A stretch of DNA of 63,865 bases from Glycera tridactyla (Eukaryota). Position 1 is the stretch's first letter; every line of letters starts with the position of its first letter. Below are positions 62,257 to 63,865 of the stretch, piece after piece. Where the stretch lies: the NCBI GenBank assembly GCA_965644265.1, contig OZ286462.1, positions 117,056,136 to 117,120,000 on the forward strand, in the 5' to 3' direction. The translations under genes were made by a program, and so were the position numbers. The notes under the pieces are model-generated. The model did not search any database. It was given only the letters and a program-made list of their open reading frames with translations, and was not told the origin of the DNA.

Positions 62257-63865
62257 NNNNNNNNNNNNNNNNNNNNNNNNNNNNNNNNNNNNNNNNNNNN
62301 NNNNNNNNNNNNNNNNNNNNNNNNNNNNNNNNNNNNNNNNNNNNNNNNNNNNNNNNNNNNNNNNNNNNNNNNNNNNNNNNNNNNNNNNNNNNNNNNNCTG
62401 ACTCACTGACTCATTTATTCACTCACTCACACAATCTCCCTCTTATACACATACGACCGATGTAGACTGTGAATATTTTCGGAGTGTATGACGCAGCATA
62501 CTGGTAGGTCTCCTCACACCTCGGTCACGACGACTCATTGTAGGACTAGCTACAGCCACAGCCTTTCCGCGAAGCTGTTCTGAGACATCGCCAATGAAAT
62601 CAGGTGAGACCACGCCACGGCCAAAAAATTCTCCTGGTATATCCGGAAGTGAAGGATTATTCTCTCATTGATAGGTTGACACGATCTCTGATATCTACAT
62701 GGAACATCCACATTATCAGATCTACCGATCAAATGATAAGCTTGATCTCATGGCTGGCAATATGATAAAAAGAGCATAAAACCACCATAAAGATGGATCA
62801 CAAAAGGCGTTTTATATGTCCCATCTGCATAAAATATGACATCATACTGCGAGCAGAGCTATAGAACAGCTGAAGATCAATAGAATCATCTGCAAGCCAG
62901 ACACCACCCACTTATTCTGCACCGTCTTAACAAGTGGAGCATACTGGAGCTTCATAGACGGGCCCACCTACAATCGAGTACACTCATCCTACTGTAAATA
63001 TATTTTGGGCTTGCATGACATTGTGATCCCCAGCTCAGATATGACAGTCCATGGATAACCCGAATCGTGGCACATCAACTCTAGTTTCTGCTGTTCCTGC
63101 ATGTGCTGTCTTAGATTCTAGTAGCCGCGGTGTGTGAATGGTTGATGATGGATAGTGGCATTGATGGTGGTGGTGGTGGTAATACCTGGGTTGGTGGTGG
63201 TTGATTGGGTTTGGGTGGTGATGTTGTGGTGGTGCATGTTGTGTTAGTGTGAATGATAGTGCTAATGATGGTTTCAATTGTGTTGCTGATAAGTTTGGTT
63301 ATGGTGAATGTGTAGGGTTGCTGTTGGCGATGATGCTTTTGGTGTCAGTGGTTTCATATTACCCACTGTTATCACGTCCATCATGATAGTCATGCTCACC
63401 TGCAACACATGCAGCAAAACATGTCAACATACGCATGAAACAAGAGCATATGATCGGAAACACAGAATCTAAACGTGTGAGCCTAGTCACCTAATCACCT
63501 GATATTTCTCTTGCTCCCTTTATTCATCTGTCTGTATGTCTGTCCTTCTATCTTTGTCCCTGAGTATCTGTCCGAGTTTGTATCCACGTGTGTGTGTGCG
63601 TGTGTGCATGTGTGCAATGTCTGTCCATATGTCAGTCTGTCTGACTGCCTCTCAGTTCTGGATCGACTATCAAGTAGGGATTAATGGCACTTCCATAATT
63701 ATGTCGCTCACATAGCACGGATATATACCATATTACATATATGACAATCTGGATTATGATACACATATCCTATCAAGTCTGACCTTGTACTTCATTCTGA
63801 TTGATGATCCAATCCAATAATTCAGACCTCATCTTGCCACCTCATCTGGAGTTAACAAAAGAATG

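Larger units (their letters stand above)
52850..63600 (+). repeat. Old duplicated block B
   Basis: Collinear with block A at offsets of about 15-17 kb. Confidence 0.7.

Noticed and set aside
9808-62409. ORF-track entries spanning N runs or microsatellites (poly-X, VCVC, GDGGL, NNDD)
   Set aside because: Artefacts of gaps and simple repeats.

Overview
Draft-assembly window from an animal genome, probably an invertebrate (AT-rich, microsatellite-rich, eight N gaps). The only well-supported gene is a complete minus-strand Cys-loop ligand-gated anion channel subunit of the glycine-receptor/GluCl/GABA-rho type. I assembled it by hand from 9 coding exon positions (36186 to 17411). All junctions are GT-AG and phase-compatible, giving 440 aa (exon 6a) or 438 aa (exon 6b). 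Exon 6 is present as two paralogous phase-1/phase-1 exons only 58 nt apart. They replace loops F and C and switch the split loop-B codon between Phe (SSFAY) and Tyr (SSYAY). Three separate tandem arrays inside the gene are built from a 3' splice acceptor plus the start of the adjacent exon (exons 1, 4 and 6a), so rows of decoy acceptors lie upstream of the real ones. In the exon-6a array the repeat junction also creates a GT donor that defines an in-frame 63-nt mini-exon. The rest is TE debris and duplication: a 5'-truncated L2/CR1-group LINE with an intact 467-codon RT frame, other LINE fragments, MITEs, hairpin elements, tRNA-derived modules, and two old collinear duplicated blocks (about 37-47 kb and 53-63 kb). 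All analysis was by eye. Exon coordinates were counted base by base; repeat boundaries and identity figures are approximate. No expression data or database searches were available.
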